64,000 nt of DNA. It comes from Octopus vulgaris. Lineage: Eukaryota. The first letter of the stretch is position 1, and each line of letters begins with the position of its first letter. The stretch covers positions 20,832,001 to 20,896,000 of the forward strand of contig OX597836.1 in the NCBI GenBank assembly GCA_951406725.2, in the 5' to 3' direction. Of this stretch, positions 39,231-52,136 are shown piece after piece. The translations under genes and the position numbers were made by a program. The notes below the pieces were generated by a model. That model was not told where the DNA came from and did no database searches. It saw only the letters and a list, made by a program, of their open reading frames with translations.

Positions 39231-42200
39231 GACATTTTCATAATCATCCTTATGCCATCTAGCAATCATTGTTGAGACATCTTGTAGTTATTATTGAGAT
39301 ATCTAACAGACATCATCAAGACATCTAGCAGTCACCATCAAAATATCTAGTAGTCACCCTTCAGACATGTAGCAGTTAACTTTCAGTCGTTTATAAGTCT
39401 TCACTGAGATATAACCATTTGATGGGTGATCAGCAATGACTGTTCAGTGTTTGCTGTAAGTATATTGTCATTGATCCTGTCACAGAGGTTTCCATTTTGG
39501 AGTTATTGGGGAGATGTTGAGGATTTAGGCAACTTTATTTGTCTATGTCAAACAAAGTTATGTCTTCAGTACTAGTGATTAAACTATCGTAAAACATCAA
39601 ACACGACACATCAAAGAGATAATTGTTGGCTCTTTTCATAACATCATATGTAATTAATGAAGCAAGAATTTTGGTAACCATACCACACATTAAAATGTAA
39701 CTCCATCTTGACGCATTAAATCACGCCTTAAAAATAATTTTATGATGTTTAATTCAAATTTCTGATCAGTAAACAGGTCACAAAACAATCATGATATCAA
39801 AAAAATATTATTTAAGATGCATGACATTAAAGCCACCATTAAGATAATTATGTATCAGAAACATAAATTAAGATAATTGTGATATTAAAAACATCATTAA
39901 GACAATTATACAAGATCACAAACATCAGTGGCCCTTTTGAAACTATATTTCTAATTATATATACTGCCTATTATGTTTTGTTATTTTTTTAGATAATCAA
40001 ATGCAAGAGGGATTTCATAAAATAATTAACTCTGTCGTTATTAAGGCAGTTATGAAAACCAGTATTAAAATAATAGTATATGAAAAATATTAAAATAATC
40101 ATGGGCTGTTAATTATATTACTAAGAAAATTAACAGATTATTAATATAATAACATAAACATATTAATTACAGTAATTTTGTGATACAAACGTTAATTAAG
40201 GTGTGCACTAAAAGCAGTTTATTCGGAAAATCATGTGATGCAAAAAATAAATAAATAAATAAAAGGAATGAAGTAGAATATTTTATGCTAATTTAAAATT
40301 AAAACTTGTTATACATACATAATTGCGCATATGGATGCATACATATACACTTGCATACACACACAATTTGAGGCATCAGTTTATGAGCATGCTTGAACCC
40401 AAGTAACACAAGCCTGGCAATAAATCTGTCCAACCATGACCACCATGACCAGCCACCTTTTTTACAATTTCTTAAAGTCCTGAGATAGAGGTTCTTACCA
40501 ATTTTTAATGGAGTTGAGGGTAAAATTGGAAATTGGTGAGATCACTACTTTCTTTTAAATTCATTTTCATGACAGTCAATTTCTTTATTAACCATGAGGT
40601 TGAGAAAAAGAGGGGACGATACGAGGACAGGTAAAACAAACATTGTGGTCAGTCAGAGGAAGAAGGATAGCATCCACAACATCTTACAGGGTCACTGAGA
40701 TTGATGGTAGGGTGGGTATAGAAGGACTTGTGAACCAATCATTGGCCTTACAGGAATAGGAAAAGGAAGTATGACATTGAGATGTCACATTAGCGATCAC
40801 CACACCAGAGACTGATTTTCATGTTTGTTGCAGAGTGAATGCTGTTAAAGACCATCCAAAGACCAGATTGTGGGGGTAGTGGTCAAGGCAAACAGGTAAA
40901 GAAACCTATAGATCAGCTCTAGTAAGCGATCAATGATGAAAGAAAACTGGCAGAATGGCAGAGGTAGTAGAGAACCAGTCAATATATTTAAGTGTTTTGG
41001 TGTTGTTTGTAATCGATTGGTGCTGTTTGTTGTACCCACAAAATAATTCTGACAAGGGATACCCATGATCAAAGTCATACCAGTTATGACCATCCAGCCC
41101 TTTCCCCTATCCTATCCACAGTGCATATAGGATCACATTCTTCAATAGGTTCTATTTTCTCTAAGACATTTGGGAGTAATTTGTAGGAGATTTGGCTGTT
41201 ACTTCTAGCAGGTCAGGTGATTGTATAGTGCAGCAATTCCAGAACTGGGTTACACAAATATAGCATAATGAGGGTCTGAGAACTGAGTCCAAAATTTGTA
41301 AAGTAGACAAACTTTTCAAAAACTTGAAGCTGTTGAAAAATTTATTTAATGAAAAGGGTCCTTGGTAGTAAAAAATTTAAGAAGCATCCCTAATCAGTGT
41401 TTGTTGATCTGTAGAAGGTATCTGACAGGTTACTACAATCTGTAGTATGTTGGCTTTTAAGGAATCTTGATGTAGCTAAATGGCTTCTGCAAATGATTCA
41501 TCATGCAGAGTGATGCAGTCAGCAAAGTAAGAGTTAGCAATGAGTTTCCAACCAGAGTCCACAAGGATGATACTTGTAGGGTCTGTATGCTGGGTTCAAA
41601 TGTAATTAAGAAGATAGTCTTTGCAAAAGCCTGGAATCATCATCATCATCTTTTAACGTCCATTTTTCATGCTGGCATGGGTTGGATGGTTTGACCAGAG
41701 CTGGCAAGCTGGAGAGCTCACAGCAGGCTCCAGTATGACTTGGTTTCGTTTCTACAGCTGAATGCCTTTCCTAACACCAACCACTTTATATTATGTGTGC
41801 TGGGTGCTTTTAATGTGGCACCAGCTCAAGTGCTTTTTATGCGGCACTAGTACAAGACTTTTGCAGGCCAATCCTCTTCATCTGGTTAGCGAAAAGGTAA
41901 GGAAACACTAACATAGAGATTCCCTCTTCAGTTCATTTATTATTTAATGAAATTAAAATGCAGAATCTAAACAAACAGATGAGGACTGGTGTTGGTAACA
42001 TTGCTAACAACATGTGAGAAAGTTTGTAGATATCAGTAAGTTTAGTTGTTGCCGAAGGACTTCAATCTACAACATTAGAGATTTTCTTTCTTCTATTTGT
42101 CACAGCAACTAAACTGACAGAGGTCCCACAAAAAATTTTTGGGGATATTACTTAGTATCATGTCACAAGCATGGCTGTGCTGTTAAGAAGTTTGCTTTTC

Positions 42201-42321
42201 AACCATGTGGTTTCAGGTCCAGTCCCATTGTGTGTCACCTCATCTTGGGCAGGTGTCTTGTCCAGGCCAACCAAAGCCTTGTGGGTAAATTTGGTGGATG
42301 GAAATGAAGAGAAAAGCTTAT

Positions 42322-42379
<58 letters not shown>

Positions 42380-42994
42380 CGTGTGTGTGCGTGCGTGCAT
42401 GTGTATATACACACACATGTGCATATGCATGTGTGCCTTCTTGTCTTGATATTCTGTAATAGCTGTAAATAAGTATCATCATCGTATAAGCAGTGTCCAT
42501 TGTTTTCAATCTGCCATGAAAACATGCCTGGTCATGGGAAAATATGACCTTGCTTGGAAACAGGTAAGGGTTGGCAGCAGGAAGGACATCTGACCTATGC
42601 AAGCAATTGTAAAGTGGACACTAAACGTCATCATCATCATAATCCTTCATATTTCTTATATCTGAAGTCTTCCTAGATGTGACCCTGCCCTTTTAGTAAG
42701 GTCTCTAGTCAAATATAAGGGTGGAATAAAAACCACGATGAACAAGCCTCATTTAATTCAAGTGACTGAGGAATTTCAAAAATAATCCTTGATTTCATAA
42801 GAAACTGAGTAGACATCCTGGATTCCATAGCAAATATGGCGGACATTTCCAAAAACTAGAGACAATTGTGAAATTGTTTTGAAGTTACAGTTTTTCCACC
42901 TATACTGACCCTAGACAAAACCAGATCAGCCAATCAGAAGCATGTAAACATCATCAATTACAGATTCTGTTAATTAGATATCCACAAGCCAACG

Positions 42995-43205
42995 AAGGAG
43001 CTTCTATATGGTATTTCAACCTACGAGAAATAGCAGCCAAGTAACCCTCAAATCACACTCTGCAGTCTTAAAATACAATTCAAAGGATACATTAGAAAAT
43101 GTATCCCTACATGGACTATTAATAAAAGATGAAATAGAGCTGACCAGATCATCCTTTAATAGGGGTTTGTTTAATCAGGGCTTACATGGACTTAACAACA
43201 ACAAC
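42995..43205 (+). repeat. Unclassified dispersed ~200-bp repeat (GCTAGAAATAGCAGCCAAA motif, (AAC)n tail)
   Basis: The motif recurs near 2890, 29890, 30120, 37686, 43515, 46805, 47925, 48100 and 49806, and inverted near 41190 and 49300. Confidence 0.6.
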
Positions 43206-44507
43206 CAGACACAATTAAAAGAATTTCTTACAACTGACCAAAACAAGTGAAACTAAGCGTCAGAGTGAACACCGACCATGCTGGAGTACTACCTTTAAGA
43301 GTTTGAATCAGTCAATCCCAATACCTAGGTGGCACTTATTCTTTCAGTCTCTATTTATCGGATTATTAAATCTACTTGGAGTTATGTCCCTCAAACGAGA
43401 CTTACCTCCCTTTAAACACTCACATTTACTACCACTACTACAAGGAGTTTATATCGATCCACTTATTTACATAGCCCATCCACACACAATCTTAAATATT
43501 TACTGTCTTTGTTTTGCCAGAAATAACAGCCAAGTGTCCCTGAAATCACACTTGCCATTATAAAAGTAAGGGCAACTTGAATGATATCATTAAAAGTAAA
43601 ACAGATAATATTATGACGTGTATTTGCCATTTAAATATGGCTAACCCCTAAGGGTGGATGCTACTGTAGTTTGTAGCCCCAGGTGGACACCTCCTTCAGC
43701 TGGCTATAGACACACTTTCTGTGCCCTATCAGTATTTGCAAAAGGAAGCTATCCTTCCCGTCTTCAACTTATGATACACACGGACTCGAGTTTCTGGGTA
43801 TTGACCCATCATATAATATTATTGCAGATAGAAAATCCTTTAAACATAGGTGTGTTCTATCAGGCATATGATAACCTGGTATTAAACACCAATAAATGGT
43901 TACTTTTTCAAACTTTTGTGAGATGTTCTTTCCAATATTACAAATTTATCTAGACCGGGTTTTCTAAAACATTTTTGAAAATGTAGAAAACTAAAATTAA
44001 AATTTTATTAATCATAGAGAAATAGGTATCACTGACTTTGGCAAAGTTTTTCACTCAGAATGTCTAAAAGCAAACCTACATATGGGATAAAGCATACACA
44101 CTACTGTTTGAGTTTAGAGTGCCAACTTGCTAAAATTAATGGATTGCATTTTTCATTATTTCATTTTATTTTTGAATGGCTTAGTGAAGGGAGGAATGGC
44201 TAACTCAATGAACATTTTGGGGTATTTCAAGACAGCAATGATTCAGAAACATAGCCTGAATACTTTACAACAGAGTGGACTCATGAGGTGGTGTTAAACC
44301 AAGCGACAGATGAAGTATTTTCCTTGGCTTTAATTATGTATATGTAACAGTTGAACTCTAAGTAGAAAGGCTATAAATGATGGGCTACAAAACCCTTCAG
44401 ATGGAAAAATTCAAAGGCTGCCTAATATTTACATGTCATTATTGAGTTGAACTGTTAAAAATGAATTATTTTATATTCTCTTAAAGATTCTAAATTCTTA
44501 TGACATC

Positions 44508-44544
<37 letters not shown>

Positions 44545-44634
44545 GATAAGGTCGATATTTAAATACCGATCTTACCAGGGGTGGCCAGCATGGGAATAAA
44601 AGCCTTCAAAGGTAATAATTACTATTAAAAATAT

Positions 44635-44763
44635 AATTTAGGGTATCTAAGAGATACCACCACGCTGGAAATAGCAGCCAAAACTTGACTCTAAAATGTG
44701 GTTTTAAAGTCAAGTTTTGGCTGCTATTTCCAGCGTGGTGGTATCTCTTAGATACCCTAAATT
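44635..44763. repeat. Perfect inverted repeat with 56-bp arms and a 17-bp spacer
   Basis: 44635-44690 is the exact reverse complement of 44708-44763; the spacer is partly self-complementary (taaaa/tttta). Confidence 0.95.
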
Positions 44764-45217
44764 TATATCTGGAGTCAGTTCATTTGGCAAAAAATTCTTC
44801 AAGGCAGGGCCCCAGCATGGCTGCAGTCCAATGACTGAAACAAGTAAAAGACAAAAGATTTTGTGTTCTTTTGTTCTTCAGTATTGTATGTTTCTTTGTC
44901 ATTCCACTGTACCAGATTTTTATTATATACAAATGTGCGTGCGAATGCATATGTAATCCTATTCACGAGGTTCGACTGTAATTTAATTTGGAGACACCGA
45001 ATAAGTAGTTGACATTTTATTCAATAGAGTTGCTTCCCTTTACATACGCTTAAAGATTAGAAGATGCGAAGTGCTTTGTATAAAACTATTGCTTTCCAGG
45101 TTTTAAACGAGTAAGAGGGACAAGACTTGCCCCCCCCCCCCCACCACCACCACCACCTTTAACTACTGAAAGAATGAATATTCACTGCTTCCAGAATTTG
45201 ATCATAGTGTAGTATGT

Positions 45218-46700
45218 AAGAGGTACATTCGAGAAATTTTGAGACTTTCTTTTAGAAGAGGCAGTTATAACTTTCTCTTTGCTCTATTACTTGTTTCTGT
45301 CATTTGACTGCGGCCATGTTGGAGCACTGACTTTAGTCGAGCAAATCGTCCCAAGAGCTTATTCTTTGTAAGCTTAGTACTTATTCTATCGGTCTCTTTT
45401 GCCAAACCGCTAAGTTACGGGGATGTAAACACAACCAGCATTGGTTGTCAAGCGATGTTGGGACAAACACAGACACACAAACATATACATACATATACGA
45501 TGGGCTTCTCCCAGTTTCCATATACTAAATCCACTCACAAGGCTTTGGTCGGCCTGAGGCTATAGTAGAAGATACTTGCCCAAGGTGGCACTGAACCTGG
45601 GACCATGTGATTGGTAAGCAAGCTACTTACCACACAGCCACTCCTGCACCCTGTTGTAGATTATTGTAATATTACTACGTCATTACTATACATCTAACAA
45701 TCTGACCTGCCAACTGTTTTTTTTTATCCCAGATTGGAGGAAATTGGCTGTAACAGCACTTTCAACACACCCTACTAAACAATGCTTCTCCCAGCTGACT
45801 AGTCTGTAGAATGCAACGCAATAAAGTTTTGTGTTAAACAAGGCAAAAACACTACAAAAACTTATGAAACGCTCCAGACTGCTTATAGATTAACTTTTAC
45901 GAGCCAAGCATCTGATTTTCCCTGGCACAAGAAGTTCAAGGGTGGTAGAGAGGAGGTGAGAGATGAGAGGTGTGTGAGGGAGAGGGACGTCTGAACATCA
46001 GAGCTGGTTGAGAAAATTTGAAATTTTCTGGATGAAGACCATCATGTATTTATAAAGATTATAAGTATAGTTTGGTGTTGGTGTGGCAACTCTACTCAGA
46101 ATAATTCATGAAGATCTGAACATGCACAAAATTTGTGCAAAGTTTACGCCCAGGGTGACAAATAGAAGGAAAGACCCATTGGTGACAGCAGGGAGATGAT
46201 TGAGCTCATAACATACAATCCAAGAGTAGTTGAGTCTCTGGTGATCTGAGACAAAAAGTTGGATCTACTGTTATAATCCAGAGACCGGGTGACAGAGTGC
46301 CTAATAAAAGCATTCTGACCTAAGAAAAGCCCCAGACCCAAGAAAGCCAAGCAAAGCAAGTCCACCAGGAAGCTCATGATGATCCAATTTTTCAACAGTA
46401 AGAGCATCATCTACATCCACTTTGTGGAGATTTTGAGGGAGTTCAGGAAGAAATTTCACCACAAAAGGCCAGAGCTATTCCACTCAGGTTGGTGGTACCT
46501 GCACCAGGACAATACACCAGTTCACATTTCCATCCTGGTAACCGACTATTTGATACAGATGGGTATCAAAATTCCTCTGCATCCCCTACACAGTCCAAAC
46601 TTTGCTCAGAACTTCAGGAGTAGTCATTTTGAAGACATTGAGAAGATAGGAGACTGTTGCAAGAATCCAGGACACCTTCATTTTGCATAATACACTCTAG
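45218..46700 (+). pseudogene. Mariner element relic with a SINE inserted in its 5' part
   Basis: NAIKFCVKQGKNTTKTYETLQTAY, IIHEDLNMHKICAKF, IYCYNPET, KLMMIQFF and WYLHQDNTPVH...HPLHSPNFA; many stops and frameshifts. Confidence 0.85.
45285..45650 (-). mobile_element. SINE family A copy inside the mariner relic
   Basis: Homologous to 24341-24726. Confidence 0.8.
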
Positions 46701-47031
46701 GTTGTATTTCACAATTATTTCATTTTAAGGTTTGTGTGTGTGTGTGTGCAAAGAACAAACGTAAAAGTCAGTGAGGGAGCCTCTATACACTCATATGATT
46801 TGCGAGAAATATTAGCCAGATTTCCCTCAAATCACATGCTACTATCTTAAAAAAGAAAAGACATATTTAATAAATGTTCTTCTAAATAAATTATGTCCAA
46901 AAACATGTATGTTGGAATGGTCATGGTTGGCACATACTTTGAGTGTAGATTTCCTTGCTAGGGAGTGATCATAGGCTAATGAATAACATCTGAGAAATAA
47001 AGAAAAAAAAGGAAAGAGACAAAAGAATTAC

Positions 47032-47403
47032 CTCATGTACTTGAACAGTTTCAAGAAACCCTTGAAGATCGGAGTCGGATTCCTGGGTCATCTCCATTTG
47101 GGATTCAGCAATCAACCGCTCCTGAATCTGGTGTTGGTTCTTCATTATTTTTGTCATGTCAAGATCTTCAGCCGAAGAGAGGGCTGAATTTATTTGTTGT
47201 AAACGCTCATCTAGCTGCACAGTAGCAATGATGGGAGCAGAGGGGTTGATCTGCAGTGTTGGTTCATTGATGGCCCGTGCAACTATCAGCCGGACATTAC
47301 TGCCAGACTGGCGAAGTACAGATGCCACCTGCTCTGAACTCATACCGCGCACATTGAAATCTCCTATTTGTAATATGTGGTCCCCACTGCGTAACCGGGT
47401 GTC
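47032..47403 (-). CDS. MPDZ: MPDZ/PATJ-like exon B (372 nt): C-terminal half of the PDZ plus inter-PDZ linker
   Basis: attttag| acceptor and GAG|gtaatt donor. Encodes DTRLRSGDHILQIGDFNVRGMSSEQVASVLRQSGSNVRLIVARAINEP...ETVQVHE and continues exon A in phase 0. Confidence 0.93.
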
Positions 47404-47449
47404 CTAAAATATTTTAAATAAATATGCATTAGATTTTACACATACATAT

Positions 47450-47521
<72 letters not shown>

Positions 47522-47659
47522 GCGATCAAACAGGTTGCAAATTGATAAAAAAAAAAAAAGAGAGGACGCATAAAGAAACACATCTATACATATATGGCCA
47601 TAAATAAATACATAGATACACATATTATTCTCAAATTTTTGTACATGAACACACATTAA

Positions 47660-47878
47660 CCCTTTAGTGTTCAGATTATTCTATCAAACATAATGCTTAT
47701 TGATTCCCATTGATTTGAATTAATCATGCATTATCTCATATCTTCAAGATCTTGATGGTGTAATTACTTAATGTAGAATAACATTGTAGGGTAGGTGTGA
47801 AAGCCTGGATCTGGTCAGTTTGAACATAAAACAGATTAGCTATTTTGGTCGGATATGGCCGGTTTAAATACTAAAGGG
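47660..47878 (-). mobile_element. 219-bp piggyBac-type MITE, inverted relative to the 4710 copy
   Basis: TTAA TSDs and CCCTTTAGT TIRs. About 9 mismatches to the reverse complement of 4710-4928 by hand count. Confidence 0.85.
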
Positions 47879-48612
47879 TTAATATAGCAAATTAAAGAGG
47901 GAGCTTTATGTGGTCACTTCACCTGCTAGAAACAGCAGTTAAACCTCCTTTACAATCAAAGTAAAAAGAGATCATATTGGATCATGTAGTGTTACATATC
48001 CCTAAAAACACAGAATGGATTGCCTTTGATCATAGGTCTGATTGATTAAGGTTTAGCATACAAGCCAACAAGAGAATCTCTACAATGTTATTCAATCTGC
48101 TGAAAAAAGCAGCCAAATCTCTCTCCAATGACACTCACCATCTTTTAAAAGAAAAACGATACATTACAGACCAACATACATTATGAGCAGAAACCAATAT
48201 TTTATTGCCACAGCTAGTAGGCCTCTTTCCAAATGTGGGGTTAGCCCAGGGCTAAACAACAGAACAGGCTGATCTCATGCTACCTCTGCTTAGTCAATTC
48301 TAGTGAGAGCTAGCAAGAGGAAGGGCATCTGGCCATCCCTTTTCCTCTGCTAGCCACTTGATAATATTTTCATATTTGATTCCCAATTCTAATAATTTTT
48401 ATAATACTTTACGTCTAATTACTACTTTGTATAATAGTGCTCACTTGCTTAGTAAACATTGCTTTCATTATTTTATCACAGTCCTAATCTCTCTTTTTTA
48501 AACAAACATCAAGGCAGTCCAACTACGGAGGGGAAAGCAGTTTGTCAAGTTTTATCTTCCCCTCAAAGCAACATAGATATTTCAAATCAGAAGCCCACCT
48601 GTAAGCTTCGCA

Positions 48613-48646
<34 letters not shown>

Positions 48647-50353
48647 ACATTGCAAACAATGAATGAAATAAACTTATTTGAAAAATTCGTATAAATAAAA
48701 GGGCTTAACTACAAATATATACACCCCCAACTTTGTTGCTTCATAACATCCTGAGAAATGGATACTTTTTAACAAAATTTTCTATAAATATTGCTTAGAT
48801 ACTGTACTTCAGATTATATGGGAAAGAGAGCAGTTTTGTAAAATTCACATGATCTGACGTTTTTCCCTCTTAACTTTCAGGAGAATGGACATCATTCAAT
48901 GAAAGCTTATACAAATAGCTTTCATACAGCATATATTACAAGTATAAAGAAATTTGTGGGATAAATTTTTTCTGAGGAGGTGGGGAGAGAAGTTTTGGTC
49001 AAACAGAGTTTCGGATCAGGAAGACCAAATAAGTTAGAACTACTCCATTTTGATGGGGATTTCCCCCCACTTTTTTTAAACCACAGCCTTTGAAATGATG
49101 AAGTGGAGATTGTGGGCATCTTTGAACAGGAAAAAGTTTTGAAAAAATTTTTTTTACAACCTCTGCCCCCTCATCATCCCACTCCGGACCTATTTTCGCC
49201 AATTTTTTTGCACTTCAAAACATGGGAGGAGCTTTTAAAATAGAAAAATTAAAAAAACTGTTAATATTCTCAGAGGGAGAAGCGAATGATTTAAGGGAGA
49301 TTTGGCTGTTGCTTCTAGTACATCTCAAGACAAACCTCCTCGTTTTTTTATCACTCTTGCATGTATTGATGTTTTTCGATATTTTACTCCCCGTAAATAC
49401 ATTTATATGCCATAAAAACTAAATTTTGCAAAATTATGAATTTTTTGCAATTCCACTCACTGCCCCTGATTGTTTCTGTTTATAATTTAAAATACTGGAG
49501 AGCCTGAGGTCATTGCTGGCATTTATCCACATTGATTTAAAAAAGGAGTTAATTAAACAATAATTATTTTTAAAAGCATACTTTTCTGTTAGAAAATGTT
49601 TTTTCTTACACACACACAGAGCTTTGCTTGATTGAGGTAGGAGTACAAGTTTAGATTACAATTTAGTTGTTGTTGCTTACATTCCAGCAATGGACCATGC
49701 ATATATTACTTTGGCATCATCATTCCATAGAATGTGTTTAATGGGAGAAAAATATTGAAAAAACATCAATACATGTGAGTGTGGAAATGGAGGGTGGTTT
49801 GGGTTTGCTAGAAACAGCAGCCAAACCACCCCTGAATTGTTCACCTTTTCCTCTGAAAATATTTACAATTATTATTATTATTTTTTTACCGAAAAGGCTC
49901 TTCCCCTGGTTTTTAAGTTTAAAAAAAAAATGGCCAAAATTGTCCCAGGTAGTTATTATTATAAGGCTTATAGCATCCCAAGCAGCCATAATAACAAAAT
50001 CACTTCTTAATTTCTTTTATGAAAATTATATGGGTATATTAAAAATTTTTCATTCAATAAATAATGTTTTCATATTGTGGGTTTTGCAAATAGCAAATTA
50101 AAATTTGAAATGTAAATATTAACATAAAGAGTGAGAGACTTTGCAATTGAAAACAGACAACTCTGCAGTGAATGTAATGAATATTTAAATTTGTGAAAAA
50201 TTGGAGTTCAAAAATTCAATAAACTTCTGAAATTGAAATTATCAGAAATTTCTTGGAACATGAATCTATTAAAAAACTCCCAGATGGTTAAGCCTTCAAT
50301 AATTGCTTTCTTTTGGTACCTGTTACATACCTAATTAATAAGCAGCTTTCTCC

Positions 50354-50410
<57 letters not shown>

Positions 50411-50415
<5 letters not shown>

Positions 50416-50550
50416 CATCCCATAAATAATGCAGTTTTTTTCAATTGCATGAACTAAAAGTCAGAAGGGAACAGGATCAACTTGCTATAAAAGCAGGTAG
50501 TAATTTTACTTTGTACTTATTCTTAGTTCAAGTTTTGAAGAGTGCAGATA
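50411..50550 (+). mobile_element. Possible mariner-type left end abutting (TA)n
   Basis: tagggtcatcccataaataatgcagttttt resembles mariner TIRs. No partner end found. Confidence 0.3.
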
Positions 50551-52010
50551 GATTTTAACAGAATTTATATTTTTGTGTTCATATGTAGGATTCTTTTATG
50601 TTTATTTATTTTGTTGATTCTGTTCCTTTAAATCTTAACTCTTATATATATTACTTTTTTTTCATCGTGATGCAAATAAAATTAACTGAGTATCCACCAT
50701 ATTTCTTCATTTTCTTTTATTAACTTCACACCTTATTGGACAGTTTATCCATTTATATTGTGGAACTTTCTTTCAATATATTTGATAACACCAGTTGAAA
50801 TTTGGATTTTTTTAAAAGAAAATCCCTTAAGAGGAAATTACATCCACAATATTTGAGTGTGTATGTGTATGTATATATAATCATCTTCGTTTTAACATCC
50901 ACCTCTCCATGCTTGTATGCATCAGACAGAATTTAATGGGATTGAACTATCATCCACCAGCTAAACTACTACACTTCACACTTAATCAATGCTAATCTGC
51001 GCTATTCCATCGTCTCATGGATTTAATAATGTGTTCAAACCCAAATTCCAGGAATGTTACTAAATATGACAGTGGCATGAAGAAGGCCAGAGGGTATGTA
51101 TAATGCCTGAAACATTGTAATAGTAACAACCAAGATAAAGGGGACACTAGTCTAAAATACATCAAAGTATAATAATTTGTTCTTCATCTTTCTGGGATTG
51201 ATAAAATGATGATCAGCCAAAAAAAGGGATCAATCTGATCTTCTATACCCTCTCTCTAAAGATTTGTGACCTTGTGTCCAATGCTGGAATTTAATATATT
51301 CTGCCAAGCTTTACGGCAGATTAACAAAATGGATTGAACATTACATTTTGCTCTGACTGGAAAATACAAAGTGCATTATTTTAAGAAAAAGGGCAGCCAA
51401 TTACAAAAAGTAATTGCTGTATTAAGAACTTTTTACATAGTTGATTAACTTGCTCAATGTAGCAGTAACACCTCTATCAATGAACGTCCTGTAAGTCATT
51501 AAAACGAAAATCTTAAGTTGTTAAGATATTTCACCTACAACAAAGATGTGTGAGCCACTGCTGGAAGCTGATCAAGCAATTATGTTTAACTGAAACGAAA
51601 ACGGTGACAAAATGCTTAAGGGGACTACCAAGAGAGAAAATGCCAAGGAAATTAATCAGTGTCTTAATAGAATGGATATTGGTAGAAATAAGGAAACATG
51701 TAGCAAAAACCATAACTGCATTTGCATTCTGCTTTTCTGATAGGAGAAAGAGTGAGAAAGAAGTGGGGTGAGACAGAGTAAAGCAAAGCAAGGTGCCACA
51801 TACATATATATACAAGATGTTGGTTTTTTTAAGTTTTTCAACTGCCACCTTGCCATAATTCCTCAGTAGAACAGAACAGAGTTTCACAAAATCAACTATG
51901 TGGTGGTGGTAGTGGTGGCAGAGGAGGCCAATCTTCTGATCAAAGCAAGGAAACTATGTTTCTATTCAACACTCAAATTGCAGATACAGCTGGTCGACCA
52001 CAACTCCTGA

Positions 52011-52136
52011 CAAGAGTGTCACTCCTGCCAAGAGTGTCACTCCTGCCAAGAGTGTCACTCCTGCCAAGAGTGTCACTCCTGCCAAGAGTGTCACTCCTGC
52101 CAAGAGTGTCACTCCTGCCAAGAGTGTCACTCCTGC
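52011..52136. repeat. 18-bp minisatellite, 7 perfect units
   Basis: (CAAGAGTGTCACTCCTGC)x7; each unit contains the palindrome GAGTG-T-CACTC. Confidence 0.95.

Noticed and set aside
41230-41630. Possible decayed RT fragment (YFADC resembling YADD) on the minus strand
   Set aside because: Only one weak motif.
44967-44981. cgaggttcgactgta resembling a pogo/Tigger TIR end
   Set aside because: No matching opposite end located.
47156-47407. Plus-strand ORF antisense to exon B (also 30594-30806 over exon C)
   Set aside because: Shadow ORFs of the real minus-strand exons.
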